Positions 25,446 to 36,762 of a stretch of 64,000 nt of DNA are shown in pieces (the stretch's first letter is position 1; each line of letters begins with the position of its first letter). This DNA comes from Chiloscyllium plagiosum. Lineage: Eukaryota. A model generated the notes under the pieces. That model made no database searches. It had not been told where the DNA came from and was given only the letters and a program-made list of their open reading frames with translations. The stretch spans positions 9,682,062-9,746,061 of the forward strand of contig NC_057750.1 in NCBI RefSeq assembly GCF_004010195.1, in the 5' to 3' direction. A program made the position numbers and the translations under genes.

Positions 25446-27332
25446 TGACTGAGCAATGAAGGCAAGCTGCAGTCCAAACGGGAAAAATGCAGAAAGAAGT
25501 AATTTCATTGAACTTGTGAGATGATGCCAATTTTGTTCCTGGCTTGGAGCAAGTAGATACTTGTCTGGAGTTAGAGCTCTGCAGACAGCCTCAAGTGCAG
25601 GCCGCCCTCTGGCATTACAAGCTGGCCCCAGCTGGCCAACTCTGGAGTAATCCATTGTTCCCTGTTTGATTATGGATGAGGTTAACTCTTCTGTGCTCTG
25701 CGTGCTGTTAGTCTAGCCTGGCTGTGTGGTTACTCCGAAAGAGAAATTGAAAATAAACAATGAACTTGTATTACTGGAAAACAACTGGATCTCAACAGAG
25801 TCTGATACTTTTAACAAGAGATTTATTTCAGTTTGTCACACTCCATAAAGTCACACTGATTAATGCAAACAATTCACAGCCAATTAGCTCAATTCATGTA
25901 TATCCACCATCTTGTCCCATTAGGTCTCAGGTAGTTACATAAGAACCTAAGAGCTAGGTGCAGGAGGAGGCCATTCAGCCCCTTGACCCTGTTCCGACCA
26001 TCATGACTGATCCCATCTCTGCCTCAACTCCACCTCTCAGCTCTCCATAACTCATTAACCCATCACGAATTAAAAATCTGTCCGTCTCCTCCTTAGATTT
26101 ACTCAACGCCCCAGCATCTTCCACACTCTGGGGGGGAGTGAATTCCACAGATTCATGACCCTTTGAGAGCTGTAATTCCTCCTTATCTCTGTTTTAAATC
26201 TACCCCTTAACCAAAACCTGACCTCTCGTTCTCAATTGCCCCACACTAGCAAGTGCCCTCTCCATGTCCACTTTGTCAATCCCCTGGAGAAGATAATTTT
26301 CCCAACCAAACTGCTCAAGGATCTCATGAACACCTGTACCAAGGTGGGGCTAGAGACTCAGGCCACATGGCCTAGAGATAAGGACACTACCACAATGCCA
26401 CTAATCCCATAGAGCACACTATTATGTTTAATGTAACCTATTTCCCAATCAACCTGTGAAGAGATGTTATTCTTTAACTCTGAAGCAAATAGCGTTAGGT
26501 GCATTAGTCAGAGGGAAATGGGTTTGGGTGGGTTACTCTTCGGAGGGTCGGTGTGGACTGGTTGGGCTGAAGGGCCTGTTTCCACTCTGTAGAGAATCTA
26601 ATCTAATCTAATCAAATGAGACTCAAAGCTAGGCCTCTTGGTCCAAGGGTCGAGACATTACCACTGCACTACAAGAGGGACCCCTTGAGCACCTTACAAA
26701 ATGACCATTTCACCTATTTTTCCAATCACCCTGGTCAGAGATGTTATGACATACCTTTGGAGCAGTGGGACTTAGATAAGACCATAAGACATAGGAGGGG
26801 AAGTAAGGCCATTCGGCCCATCGAGTCCACTCCGCCATTCAATCATGGCTGATGGGCATTTCAACTCCACTTACCCGCATTCTCCCCGTAGCCCTTAATT
26901 CATAGATTCACACAGTGCAGAAAAGGCCCTTCGGCCCATCGAGTCTGCACCAACAATAACTACCACTAAAGCTGCACTAATCCCAATTTCCTGCACTTGT
27001 CCCATATCCTTGAATGTTATGATATTTGAAGTGCTCATCCAAACACATTCTAAAGGTTGTAAGTTTCCCAGACACTACATTCCAGATTCCCACTACCCAC
27101 TGAGTCAAGAGATTTTTTTTCCCCCAAATCCCCTGTGAATCTCCTGCCCCTTATCCTAAACCTATACGGTCTCCTGATTGACCCCTTAACCAGGGGGAAC
27201 AGCTGCTCTCTAATCACCCTGTCCATTCCCCTCATAATCTTAAACACCTCAATCAGGTCCCCTCTCAGTCTTCTCTGCTCAAAAGGTAACAATCCAAGCC
27301 TATCTGGTCTCTCCTTGTAGCTCAATTGCTCT

Positions 27333-27548
27333 GAATCGAGAGTGTGTTGCTGGAAAAGCACAGCAGGTCGGGCAGCATCCGAGGAACAGGAGAGTCGACC
27401 TTTTGAGGCCAGAGTCCTTCATCAGGAATGAAGGGCTCTGGCCCGAAACGTCGACTCCCCTGCTCCTCGGATGCTGCCCGACCTGCTGTGCTTTTCCAGC
27501 AACGCACTCTCGACTGATCTCCAGTATCTGCAGAGCTCACTTTCTCCC
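27333..27548. mobile_element. Fold-back PLE-end element inserted in CR1
   Basis: Axis CCTTCATCAGGAATGAAGGG; flanked by duplicated AGCTCAATTGCTC. Confidence 0.85.
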
Positions 27549-27892
27549 TGAAGCTCAATTGCTCCATCCAAGGCAAATATCCTGGTCAACCTCCTCTGCA
27601 CCCCCTCCAGAGCTAACACATCCTCCCTGGGTGAGGTGACCAGGACTGCACACAGTGCTCCCGCCGTCTCCTGACCAGCATTCTGTATAACTTCAACATT
27701 ACCTCCTTGTTCTTATAGTCCAAGCCGCAACTGACGAAAGCAAGTGTCCCCGATGCCTTCCTGACTATCCTGTTCGCATGCTCTGCTGACTTCAGGGATC
27801 TGTGAATAATTGCCCTAATTACCTCTGTTCCTCTCAGCTACCCAAAGTCCTTCCATTCATTAAATAATCCTTCATTTTGTTTCGTCAAAAAA

Positions 27893-28328
27893 AAACTAGC
27901 CACCAGGACACATGAACACCAGCTAGCCACAAAACAACCTCTCTCACTAGTATCCTTACATACAGATGAGGAAGGACACCACTTCGACTGGGACAACACA
28001 TCCATTCTAGCACAAGCCAAACAGAGACACACATGAGAATTCCTAGAATTCCGGAACTTTATCAACAAACACATTAACTTGGGTCTCATCTACCACCCCC
28101 TGAGAAAAAGAACAGGAAATGATATCACCACAGGAAATGACATCACCAACCCAAAGAAACCCAAACATATAAATAGAAAGCAGGAAACAACAGTGCTTCG
28201 TCCGGAGGCTCACTGAAGATGTTACCGAGTATGGTGACGAAACATCTGAAAATGAACCTTCCAGCTCAGCCAGCCAACCTACATCCAGAACCTCAACCTG
28301 AGCAACAAATCTTCTCAAAACTCACTCA
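27893..28328 (+). mobile_element. Penelope/Poseidon-type PLE 3' fragment (GIY-YIG C-terminus plus pLTR)
   Basis: Translates KLATRTHEHQLATK..PLSLVSLHTDEEGHHFDWDNTSILAQAKQRH; followed by a hammerhead motif. Confidence 0.8.
28210..28249 (+). ncRNA. Minimal type-I hammerhead ribozyme motif (PLE family D)
   Basis: UCA-CUGAAGA-U-GUUACC(GAGUAU)GGUGAC-GAAA-CAUC-UGA; stem I UCA/UGA, 6-bp stem II, tetramer ACAU (likely decayed ACGU). Confidence 0.65.
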
Positions 28329-28329
28329 T

Positions 28330-30370
28330 GTTGATTCTTCTTCCAAAGCGCACCTATCAGGGTTAAATTCCATCTGTCATTCATCTGCCCATCTGACTAA
28401 CCCATCGATATCTTCCCACAACCTACAACCATCTTCTCCACTATTAGCCACTTTACCAATCTCGGTGTCGACTGCAAATTTGTTTAACATTCCCCCTCCC
28501 CGCAACATGTTCACCAATATCATTTATAACAGTAAGGATCCCAGTGTTGGTCCCTTGAGGTACACCGCTGGACACCTGCCTGCAGTCACTCAAACAGCCT
28601 TCTATCACTACCCGTTCTGGCCTATTACTAAGTCAGTTTCTGATCTACCTCACCAGGTTTCCCTGAATTGCACGTGCTTTAATCTTCTCAGTCGGTCTCC
28701 CATGTCGAAGGCTTTGCTAAAATCCATATAAATGACATCAACTGAACTTCCCTCATCGACAAACTTGATCACTTTCACAAAAAAACTGACAGATTTATTA
28801 GACATGACCTTCCTCTGACAAAGCCATGCTGACTATCCCGAATTAACCCTTGCCTTTCCAAGAGGATATTCATTCGCTCCTCAGAATTTTCTCCAATAGT
28901 TTCCCTAGACACTGATGTGGAGACACTACCGAATCCCCACAGTATGGAAACAGGCCATTTGGCCCAGCAAGTCCACACTGATCCTCCAGAGAGTATCCCA
29001 TCCAGACCCATCCCCCCTATCCTATATTTCCCATGACTAATGCACCTCACCTACACTTCCCTGAATACTATGGGGCAATTTCCCATGGCCAATCCACCTA
29101 ACCTGCACATCTTTGGATTGTGGGAGGAAACCGGAGCAAACTTGTGCAGAATGTGCAAACTTCACACAGACAGTCACCCAAAGCTGGAATCGAACCTGGG
29201 CCCCATGAGGCAGTAGTGCTAACCACTGAGCAACCTACTCATCACTCTGTAATTTCCTGGTTCATCTCTACAACCCCTCTTAAAAGGTATAACTACATTA
29301 GCCGTCATAGGGTCCTACAGTGTGGAAACAGGCCATTCGGCCCAACAAGTCTGCACTAACCCTCCAAGCAACATCCCACCTCGACCCATCCCCCTGACCT
29401 TGCCCTGTATTGCTGCATTTCCCAGAGCTAACACAACCAGCTTTATTTATTTTGAACATCCTCCAGTCCTCTGGCACTCCACGCCACCTCCCCCATCTCC
29501 CCCGTGGTCAGAGGAGAGTTAAAATGTGTGTCAGAGCCCCTGCAATTTCCTGCCACACCTCCCACAGCAGCCTGGAATACAAATCATCTGGGCCAGGGGA
29601 TTTGTCTGTGTTCAAGTCTGTCAGAGCCTCCAATACCTCCCCACTGCCCCTGATAAGCTGTGCAGGTTCCTCCTGTCCCTTTCCTTAGCATGGTTTCATC
29701 AAGGGGAGGTCATGCCTGACAAATCAGTTAGAATTATTTGAGGAGATAATGAGCAAGTTCGACAAAGGAGAGCCAGTGGACATGATCTATTTGGATTTTG
29801 ACAAGGTGGGAGGTTGCTAAATAGGATAAGAATCTCTGGTGTTGGCGGTAAGATGCAGGCATGGGTAGGGGATTAGCCATCAGGGAGAAAGCAGAGACCA
29901 GAGATAAAAGGGTCTTTTTCAGGTTGGTAGCCAATGAGTAGCGAAGTTCTGCAGGGATGCACATTGGGACCATAACGATTTAGTTTATACATGAATTATC
30001 TGTGCTGGCATCGGAGGAGTTCCAGAGTAGATTTACAAGAATGACCCCAGAGTTGAAGGGCTTGTCATATGAGGAATGGTTGAGGACTTTGGGATTGTAC
30101 TCAGAATTTAGAAGGATGTTGGTTGGGGTTGGGGGGAATGGGTATCTGATTGAAACTTACAGCATAGTTAGAGGCCTGGACAGAATGGATGTGGAGAAAA
30201 TGTTTCCACTTGTAAGAGATGCCAGGACCTGAAGGCACAGTGTCAGTGAAGGGACACCCCTTTAGAACTGAGATGAGGAGAAAGGTGACTAATGTGTGAA
30301 CCTGATTGCCACAGAGGCCTGGAGGGCAAATCATTGAATGCATTCAGGATAGAGATAGATAGCTGTTGAT
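28330..30370. mobile_element. CR1 RT-region fragments with nested HE1 (~28930-29235)
   Basis: LIRDSQHGFVRGRSCLINL on the minus strand; plus-strand fragment with RFTRMTPELKGLSYEE. Confidence 0.8.
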
Positions 30371-30393
30371 CCCCTCACCAATCAAGAACCTTA

Positions 30394-30840
30394 GGGGCGG
30401 CCCGGTGGCTCAATGGTTAGCACTGCTGCCTCTCAGCACCAGGGTCACAGGTTCAATCCCACCCTCGGGCGACTGACTGTGTGGAGTTTGCACATTCTCC
30501 CCGTGTCTGCTTGGGATTCCTCCGGGTGCTCCGGTTTCCTCCCACAATCCAAAAATGTGCAGGTTAGGTGGATTGGCCATGCTAAATTGCCCGTAGTGTT
30601 AGGTGAAGGGGTAAATGTAGGGGAATGGGTCTGGGTGGGTTACGCTTCGGCGGGTCGGTGGGGTGTGGACATGTTGGGCCGAAGGGCCTGTTTCCACACT
30701 GTAGGGAATCTAATGTAATCTAAATTGACCGTAGTGTTAGGTGCATTAGTCAGAGGGAAATGGGTCTGGGTGGGTTACTCTTCGGAGGGTCGGCGTGGAC
30801 TGGTTGGGCCGAAGGGCCATACTGTAGAAAATCTAAATCT
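30394..30840 (+). mobile_element. HE1 SINE carrying two different 3' halves in tandem
   Basis: Full copy to ~30722, then a second TAAATTG.CCGTAGTGTTAGGTG... tail of another subfamily. Confidence 0.85.
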
Positions 30841-31075
30841 AAAATTCTGTACCTATGTTCACCTCTTCCAGAGGAGGAGCAAAGAGAAGTATTCATTCAA
30901 CACTCCCCCCTCCAATATCCTGAAACTTCACCCACAGATTGGTCCCTAATGGGCCCCATTCTTTCCCTGGTTAACCTCTTCCCTTTAATGTTTTTATAAA
31001 ACACTTTCGGATTCTCCCTAATCCTGTTCGCAAGTCCTTTATCGTGACCCCTTCTAATTGCCTTTTTAAATTCAC

Positions 31076-31285
31076 AGGAGAAAGTGAGGACTGCAGATGC
31101 TGGAGATAAGAGTCGAGAGTGTGGTGCTGGAAAAGCACAGCAGGTCAGCGCAGCGTCAGAGGAGCAGGAGAATCGACGTTTTAGGCAAGGTAATGATGAA
31201 GGGCTCTTGCCCGAAACGTCGACTCTCCTGCTCCTCGGATGTTGCCTGGCCTGCTGTGCTTTTCCAGCGCCACACTCTCAACTTA
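31076..31285. mobile_element. Fold-back PLE-end element
   Basis: Inverted arms around ATGATGAAGGGCTCTTGCCCGAAACGTCGA. Confidence 0.85.
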
Positions 31286-31724
31286 GCAAGTTCCCACCTG
31301 CACTTCCTCTCGGACCGCAGCTAAATTGCTCTTTTGGACTTGCTAAAAGCCCTCCTTTTTTTTTCCTCATCCAGTCCTGAGTTGTCCTGGACATCTAGGG
31401 TTCTCTGAACTTATTGCTCCAACATTTGAACCCAGACCTCCTGACCCAGGGGCAGAGACACTATCACAGTGCCACTAGAGGGACCCGTTGAGCATCTTAT
31501 ATACATTCCTCCGCTAAATTTCTCTGTCCACATTTAGGTGTTAACACGCTAGAGACTACAAAATGCTTTAATTAAGTTCTTGTTCTGACAAAGAAACTGG
31601 TGTCAATTCTCAGAAGCCTCAAACACGACACAATTACCTGAATGCAGATGTCCCATAAGCTTTTAGTCAGAGATTTGCCCTCATGTACCTGGGGCCCTTC
31701 CCCATCTTCGGCCTGCTGGTAGGC

Positions 31725-31940
31725 AAATGCAGGCCTTGCCACCCAGTTCAAGGGGCAATTGGGGACTGGTAGCAAATGCAGGCCTTGCCACCCAGTTCAA
31801 GGGGCAATTGGGGACTGGTAACAAATGCAGACCTTGCCACCCAGTTCAAGGGCAAGTAGAGATGGGTGGCAAATGCAGGCCTTGCCACTTAGTCGAAGGG
31901 CAGTTAGGGATGGACGGTAAATGCTGTCCTCGCTAGTGAT
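31725..31940 (+). repeat. 49-bp tandem repeat (~4.5 copies) derived from the SINE-B/LINE tail
   Basis: Unit AAATGCAGGCCTTGCCACCCAGTTCAAGGGGCAATTGGGGACTGGTAGC. Confidence 0.85.
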
Positions 31941-32739
31941 AGGCAAAGAGGAGCAAAAAGAAGGAGCGGCTGGGAGATAGGGGGCTGACTCGGTAAAATA
32001 CACTTCCCTACATTGTGGAACGATCCAACTTATACGGAGGAATGCTGTTCCCGTCGAAAGGCATTCCAATAAATGATGCAGAAAGTCCCCAGTATTTATT
32101 ATGGCATCATAGACAACTCTGGATCTGATGCAAAACACTCCCGCAATATTTACACAGGACGGTGCATGCTTTAAGTAATTGTGAATCCGTCATTTACAAC
32201 GTCTGTGCATCTATCATACAACCCTGCTTTACAGAGTGTAAACTCTTCCGTGCAATACAGCCCGATACAGGGTGATGAAATGTTGTTTAGCAGGTCCCTG
32301 ACAGCTGAGTTGAGAGGTGCTTTATGTGTCCCGGCATGTTGGATTCTGGCCCTGTTAGAACATTCACCTGCTTGCTTTATTGACTGTTCTCCAAAGTGCA
32401 CTCAAGCTTTTCAAGCCAGCCGTGACAATAATGGTTTTTGCTGATGTCTAAACAAGACTGTGCAGGTTTCTGCGATCACAGAAAGGAAACTGCAGGCAAA
32501 TCCAGAGCTTCTCAGGAGTGCAGGGGCTGGGAACATGAGCGGAGGTAGTCAGAGAAGGACCCTCTGTCCCAATCCCCATCCCACCCCAACAAAACACAAT
32601 TTGTATATCACAATATATACAATTCCCTCTCGACACCATTCTTTCGTGGGATGTAGATGTCAATGGCAAGGCCATGCAAAGGATTAAATAGGATTCACCA
32701 TGTTAATACTACCTTGAAAGTGCAGGTAGATAGGATAGT

Positions 32740-33525
32740 GAGGAAGGCATTTGGTATGTTCACGTTTATTGGGCAGTGCATTGAGTATAGGAGTTAGGAG
32801 GTCATGTTGCAGCTGTACGGAACATTTTGTGATGAAGAGCTTCTTCCCGAAACATCGATTCTCCTGCTCCTCGGACGCTGCCTGACCTGCTGTGCTTTTC
32901 CAGCACCACACAATTGACTCTGATCTCCAGCATCTGCAGTCCTCACTTTCGCCTCATTGATTTGGCCACTTTTGGAATACTGCGTTCAATTCTGGTCTCC
33001 CTGCTATAGGAAGGATGTTGGCGAAATTTGAAAGGGTTCAGAAAAGATTTACAAGGATGTTGCCAGGGTTGGAGGGTTTGAACTACAGGGAGAAGCTGAA
33101 TAGGCTGGGGCTGTTTTCCCTGGAATGTTGGAGGCTGAGGGGTGATCTCATAGAGGTTTATAAAATCATGAGGGGCATGGATAGGGTAAATAGACAAGGT
33201 ATTTTCCTTGGGATGTGGGAGTCCAGAACTAGAGGGCATAGGTTTAGGATGAGAGTGGAAAGATATAAAAGGGACCTAAGGAGCAATGTTTTCACGCAGA
33301 GGGTGGTGCGTGTATGGAATGAGCTGCCAGAGGAAGTGGTGGAGGCTGGTACAATTACAACATTTAAAAGGCATCTTAGATGGGTATTTTAATAGGAAGG
33401 GTTTGGAGGGATATGGGCTGAGTGCTGGAAAACAAAATTGGCTTCGTCTAGGATATCTGGTCGGCATGGACAAGTTGGACCAAGGGGTTCGTTTCCGTGC
33501 TGTATGATTCTATGACACTATGACC
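32740..33525 (+). mobile_element. HER1/CR1 3' fragment with a PLE-end insertion at ~32830-32950
   Basis: ORF 33015-33392 is CR1 ORF2 C-terminus. Confidence 0.9.
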
Positions 33526-33577
33526 TCAAGCGTAGTATTTTTGAGGAAGTATGAGGCATCAGGTTTGCTTGTTCCCA

Positions 33578-33810
33578 ACTATTAAGGACCAGACCAAACC
33601 CCCTCAAAATATGAAGATGGCCTGGACCCTACCTTTTTCATATTTTAAAGGTAACTGTAAGGTGTTGCATTCCAGATGCAATTCGATTAGTCAAACTACT
33701 GGATTCAAAGCAAAACACACTTTTTTCATCCACTATAGTTAAAATCCAACAAACGGAAGAAGGAATTGGAAAAACATTATTGGAAAAATTAACAGAATAA
33801 CTGAATTATA
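33578..33810 (-). mobile_element. Partial LTR, same family as 21712 and 34686
   Basis: GGACCAGACCAAAC...TTCCAGATG...AAGCAAAACAC shared. Confidence 0.65.
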
Positions 33811-34685
33811 AAAAAAGGCTGGTTGGGCTGGGACTTTTCTCACTGGAGTGTAAGAGGTTGAGAGGCAACGTTATAGAAGTTTATAAAATGAAGAAGGATA
33901 TAGATAGAGTTAATGGGAGTTGTCTTTTCCCTAGGATGGGGGTTTTCAAGACTGGGGCGGGACATTTTTAAAGTGAGAAGAAAAAGATTATAAAAAGACA
34001 TGAGGGGCAATTTATTTTTTACACAGAGAGTGGTTTGTGTGTAGAATGAACTTCCAGAGGAAGTGGTGGATGTGGGGTACAGTTACAACAATTAAAAGAC
34101 TTTTGGATAAGTACGTGAATGGGAAAGGTTTGGAGGGATATAGGCCAGGAGCAGGCTGGTGGGGCTGGTTTAGTTTCGGATTATGGACGGGTTGGACTGA
34201 GGGGTCTGTTTCTGTGCTGTATAACCAGTCAGTGACCTTGTTATAAAGAAACTGCTCCAGGTATATCCACAAAGCTTGAAATGAATCGTTTTTTTTCTGC
34301 AGCTGTTCAAAACTTAAGTCCTCCCAAAAAATAACATTCAATTTCTCTGCTCTTTCAAGTTTTGATTTCCAGCCCACGTTGTAGTTTGCTTTTGTTGTAG
34401 CGTATTCTGTCTGTGATATTGCCAAATATAGAGACTTTTTAGAACCAAGCTGTTCTTTGATGTTATGACATACCTCTGGAGCAAGCAGGACCTTCAGACC
34501 CAGAGGTAGGGACACTACCACTGCACCACGTGTACAATAGTAGAAAGTCCTTGTTCTGGCTGAACTCCAATCTCATTGCAGTACAGGGCAGGAGATAGAT
34601 TACCAGCTTGCTTATTGTAACTGCGTGCTCATCAATGGTCAGCCATCAAGATTAGCAGCATTAGATGGCTTCCATGTCTCTCAGT

Positions 34686-35293
34686 TGTTATGGACCAGAC
34701 CAAACTCCCACAAAAAGGAGATAGCTTAGATGCTAACTTTTATCTTACTTAGAGGCAAGTGTAAGGCCTATGTTCCAGATGTGCTTTGAGTGATCAAAGT
34801 GCTTGACTTTAAGCAAAACACAATTTATTCTTACACCACAGTTCAAATGTAAACAGAGAGAGAAGAAATGGCATAACTTTAAGTCAGTCAAAGTACATAA
34901 CAAAATAATATATTATTTAACTTCAATTGTTCTAATATAGCAGCATCCCATAAACACACCCTCATCAAAGGCAAATTGAGCAAAAACAGATGTCCCTCAC
35001 TTGCTCTCTCCAGGAGGAGGAACACCGACAGAATGAATCGAGCAGCAGAGAGACAGCTATATCTAGCAGCTTCAACGCTATCAAGAAAAAAAAACCCATC
35101 ACTTCAACAACTGAAAGCAATACCTAAAAGCCAGGGTCCGTGTCAGTCTGACTCCACCTACTCAAGCTGCTTTGGTCTACCTTTTAAAGAAAAACTAAAG
35201 CTGCTTTCCATGGGGCGGAAACCTGGTCAGTGATGCCTCTCGTCAACAGAAACAGAATGGAATAAACCCTTCTTAAAGGCACAGCTCGTCACA
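34686..35293 (-). mobile_element. Solo LTR
   Basis: TGTTATG...CGTCACA termini; homologous to 21712-22475. Confidence 0.7.
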
Positions 35294-35379
35294 CACCCCA
35301 GGCACCAAGAACAACCACCAGACCATTCCATTGACAGTCAGAATTTTCACATCTATGTGGTTTTGTTTAATAGTGATAT

Positions 35380-35975
35380 TTTATTTATTCATTTCTAGGA
35401 TGTGGGTGTCACTGGCTGGGCCCAGCATTTATTGCCCTACCATAGTTGCCCCCTTGAGCTGCCTTCTTGAACTGCTGCAGTCCGTGTGCTGTGGGTTGAC
35501 CTTGGGAGGGAATTCCAGGACTTTGACCCAGCGACACCGAAGGAATGGCGATGTATTTCCAAGTCAGGATGGTGGGTGGCTCGGAGGAGAACTTGGGGGA
35601 GGTGGTGTTCCCATGTATCTTCTGCCCTTGTCCTTCAAGAGGGAAGTGGTCGTGGGTTTGGAAGGTGCTGTCTGAGGATCTCTGGTGAATTTCCGCTGTG
35701 CATCTTGTAGATGGTACACACTGCTGCTACTGAGCGTCGGTGGTGGAGGGAGGGGATGCTTGTGGATGTGGGGCCAGTCGAGCGGGGGCTGCTTTGTCCT
35801 GGACGGTGTCAAGCTTCTTGAGTGTTGTTGGAACTGCCCCCATCCAGGGCAAGTGGGGAGTATTCCCTCACACTCCTGACTTGTGCCTTGTAGATGGTGG
35901 ACAGGCTCTGGGGAGTCAGGAGGGGAGTTACTCACTGCAGGATTCCCAGCCTCTGACCTGCTCTTGTAGCCACTG
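35380..35975 (-). mobile_element. CR1/L2-group LINE 3' fragment distinct from HER1
   Basis: TIYKAQVRSV.EYSPLA and LHHRRSVAAVCTIYKMH motifs; tail GGGCAATAAATGCTGGGCCCAGCCAGTGAC. Confidence 0.7.
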
Positions 35976-36167
35976 AATTATTTAGAAACACAGGGCCTAG
36001 CACTAAGAAGCAGGAGTACACCTCTTATGGCTGCAATAAGGTTAGACTGATCTGATTGTGGTGTCAATGCCACTTTGCACCCCCTATCCCCCTTGACTCT
36101 TTGTCTATTAAAAATCTATCAAAGATCTAGCCTCTGCTCCCTTTTTGGGAAGAGATTTTCAGATGCT

Positions 36168-36762
36168 AACGTGGCTCAACGGTTAGCGCTGCTGCCTCAC
36201 TGCGCCAGGGACATGGGTTCATTTCCACCCTCAGGCGACTGTGTGGAGTTTGCACATTCTCCCCGTGTCTGCATGAGTTTCCACGGGTGCTCTGGTTACC
36301 TCCCATAGTCCAAAAATGTATAGGCTAGCTGGATTAGCCATGCTAAATTGTCCCATAGTGCCCAGGGATGTGCAGGTTAGGGTGGATTGGCCATGCTAAA
36401 TTGTCCCATAGTGTCCGGGGATGTGTGGGTTAGCGTGGATTGGACATGCTAAATTGCCCACAGTGTCCAAGGATGTGTGGGTTAGTGTACGTTAGGGTGG
36501 ATTGGACATGCTAAATTACCCCATAGTGTCCAGGGATGTGTGGGTTAGCATGGATTGGCCATGCTAAATTACCCCATAGTGTCCAGGGATGTGTGGGTTA
36601 GCGTGGATTGACCATGCTAAATTGCCCATAGTGTCCAGGGATGTGTAGGTTAGGGTGGATTGGCCATGGGAAATGCAGGGTTACAGGGATGGTGTCAGTG
36701 TGGGTGGGTCAATACAGACTCAATGGACTGACAACCTGCTTCCACACTGTAGGGATCTATGA
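36168..36762 (+). mobile_element. HE1 SINE expanded by ~6 tandem copies of a ~52-bp internal unit
   Basis: Unit GTGGATTGGCCATGCTAAATTG(T)CCCATAGTGTCCAGGGATGTGTGGGTTAGC repeated ~36330-36668. Confidence 0.9.

Noticed and set aside
36330..36668. CRISPR-like regularly spaced repeats (also 31725-31940 and 14168-14390)
   Set aside because: Head-to-tail tandem units without unique spacers, no cas genes, eukaryotic SINE-derived context
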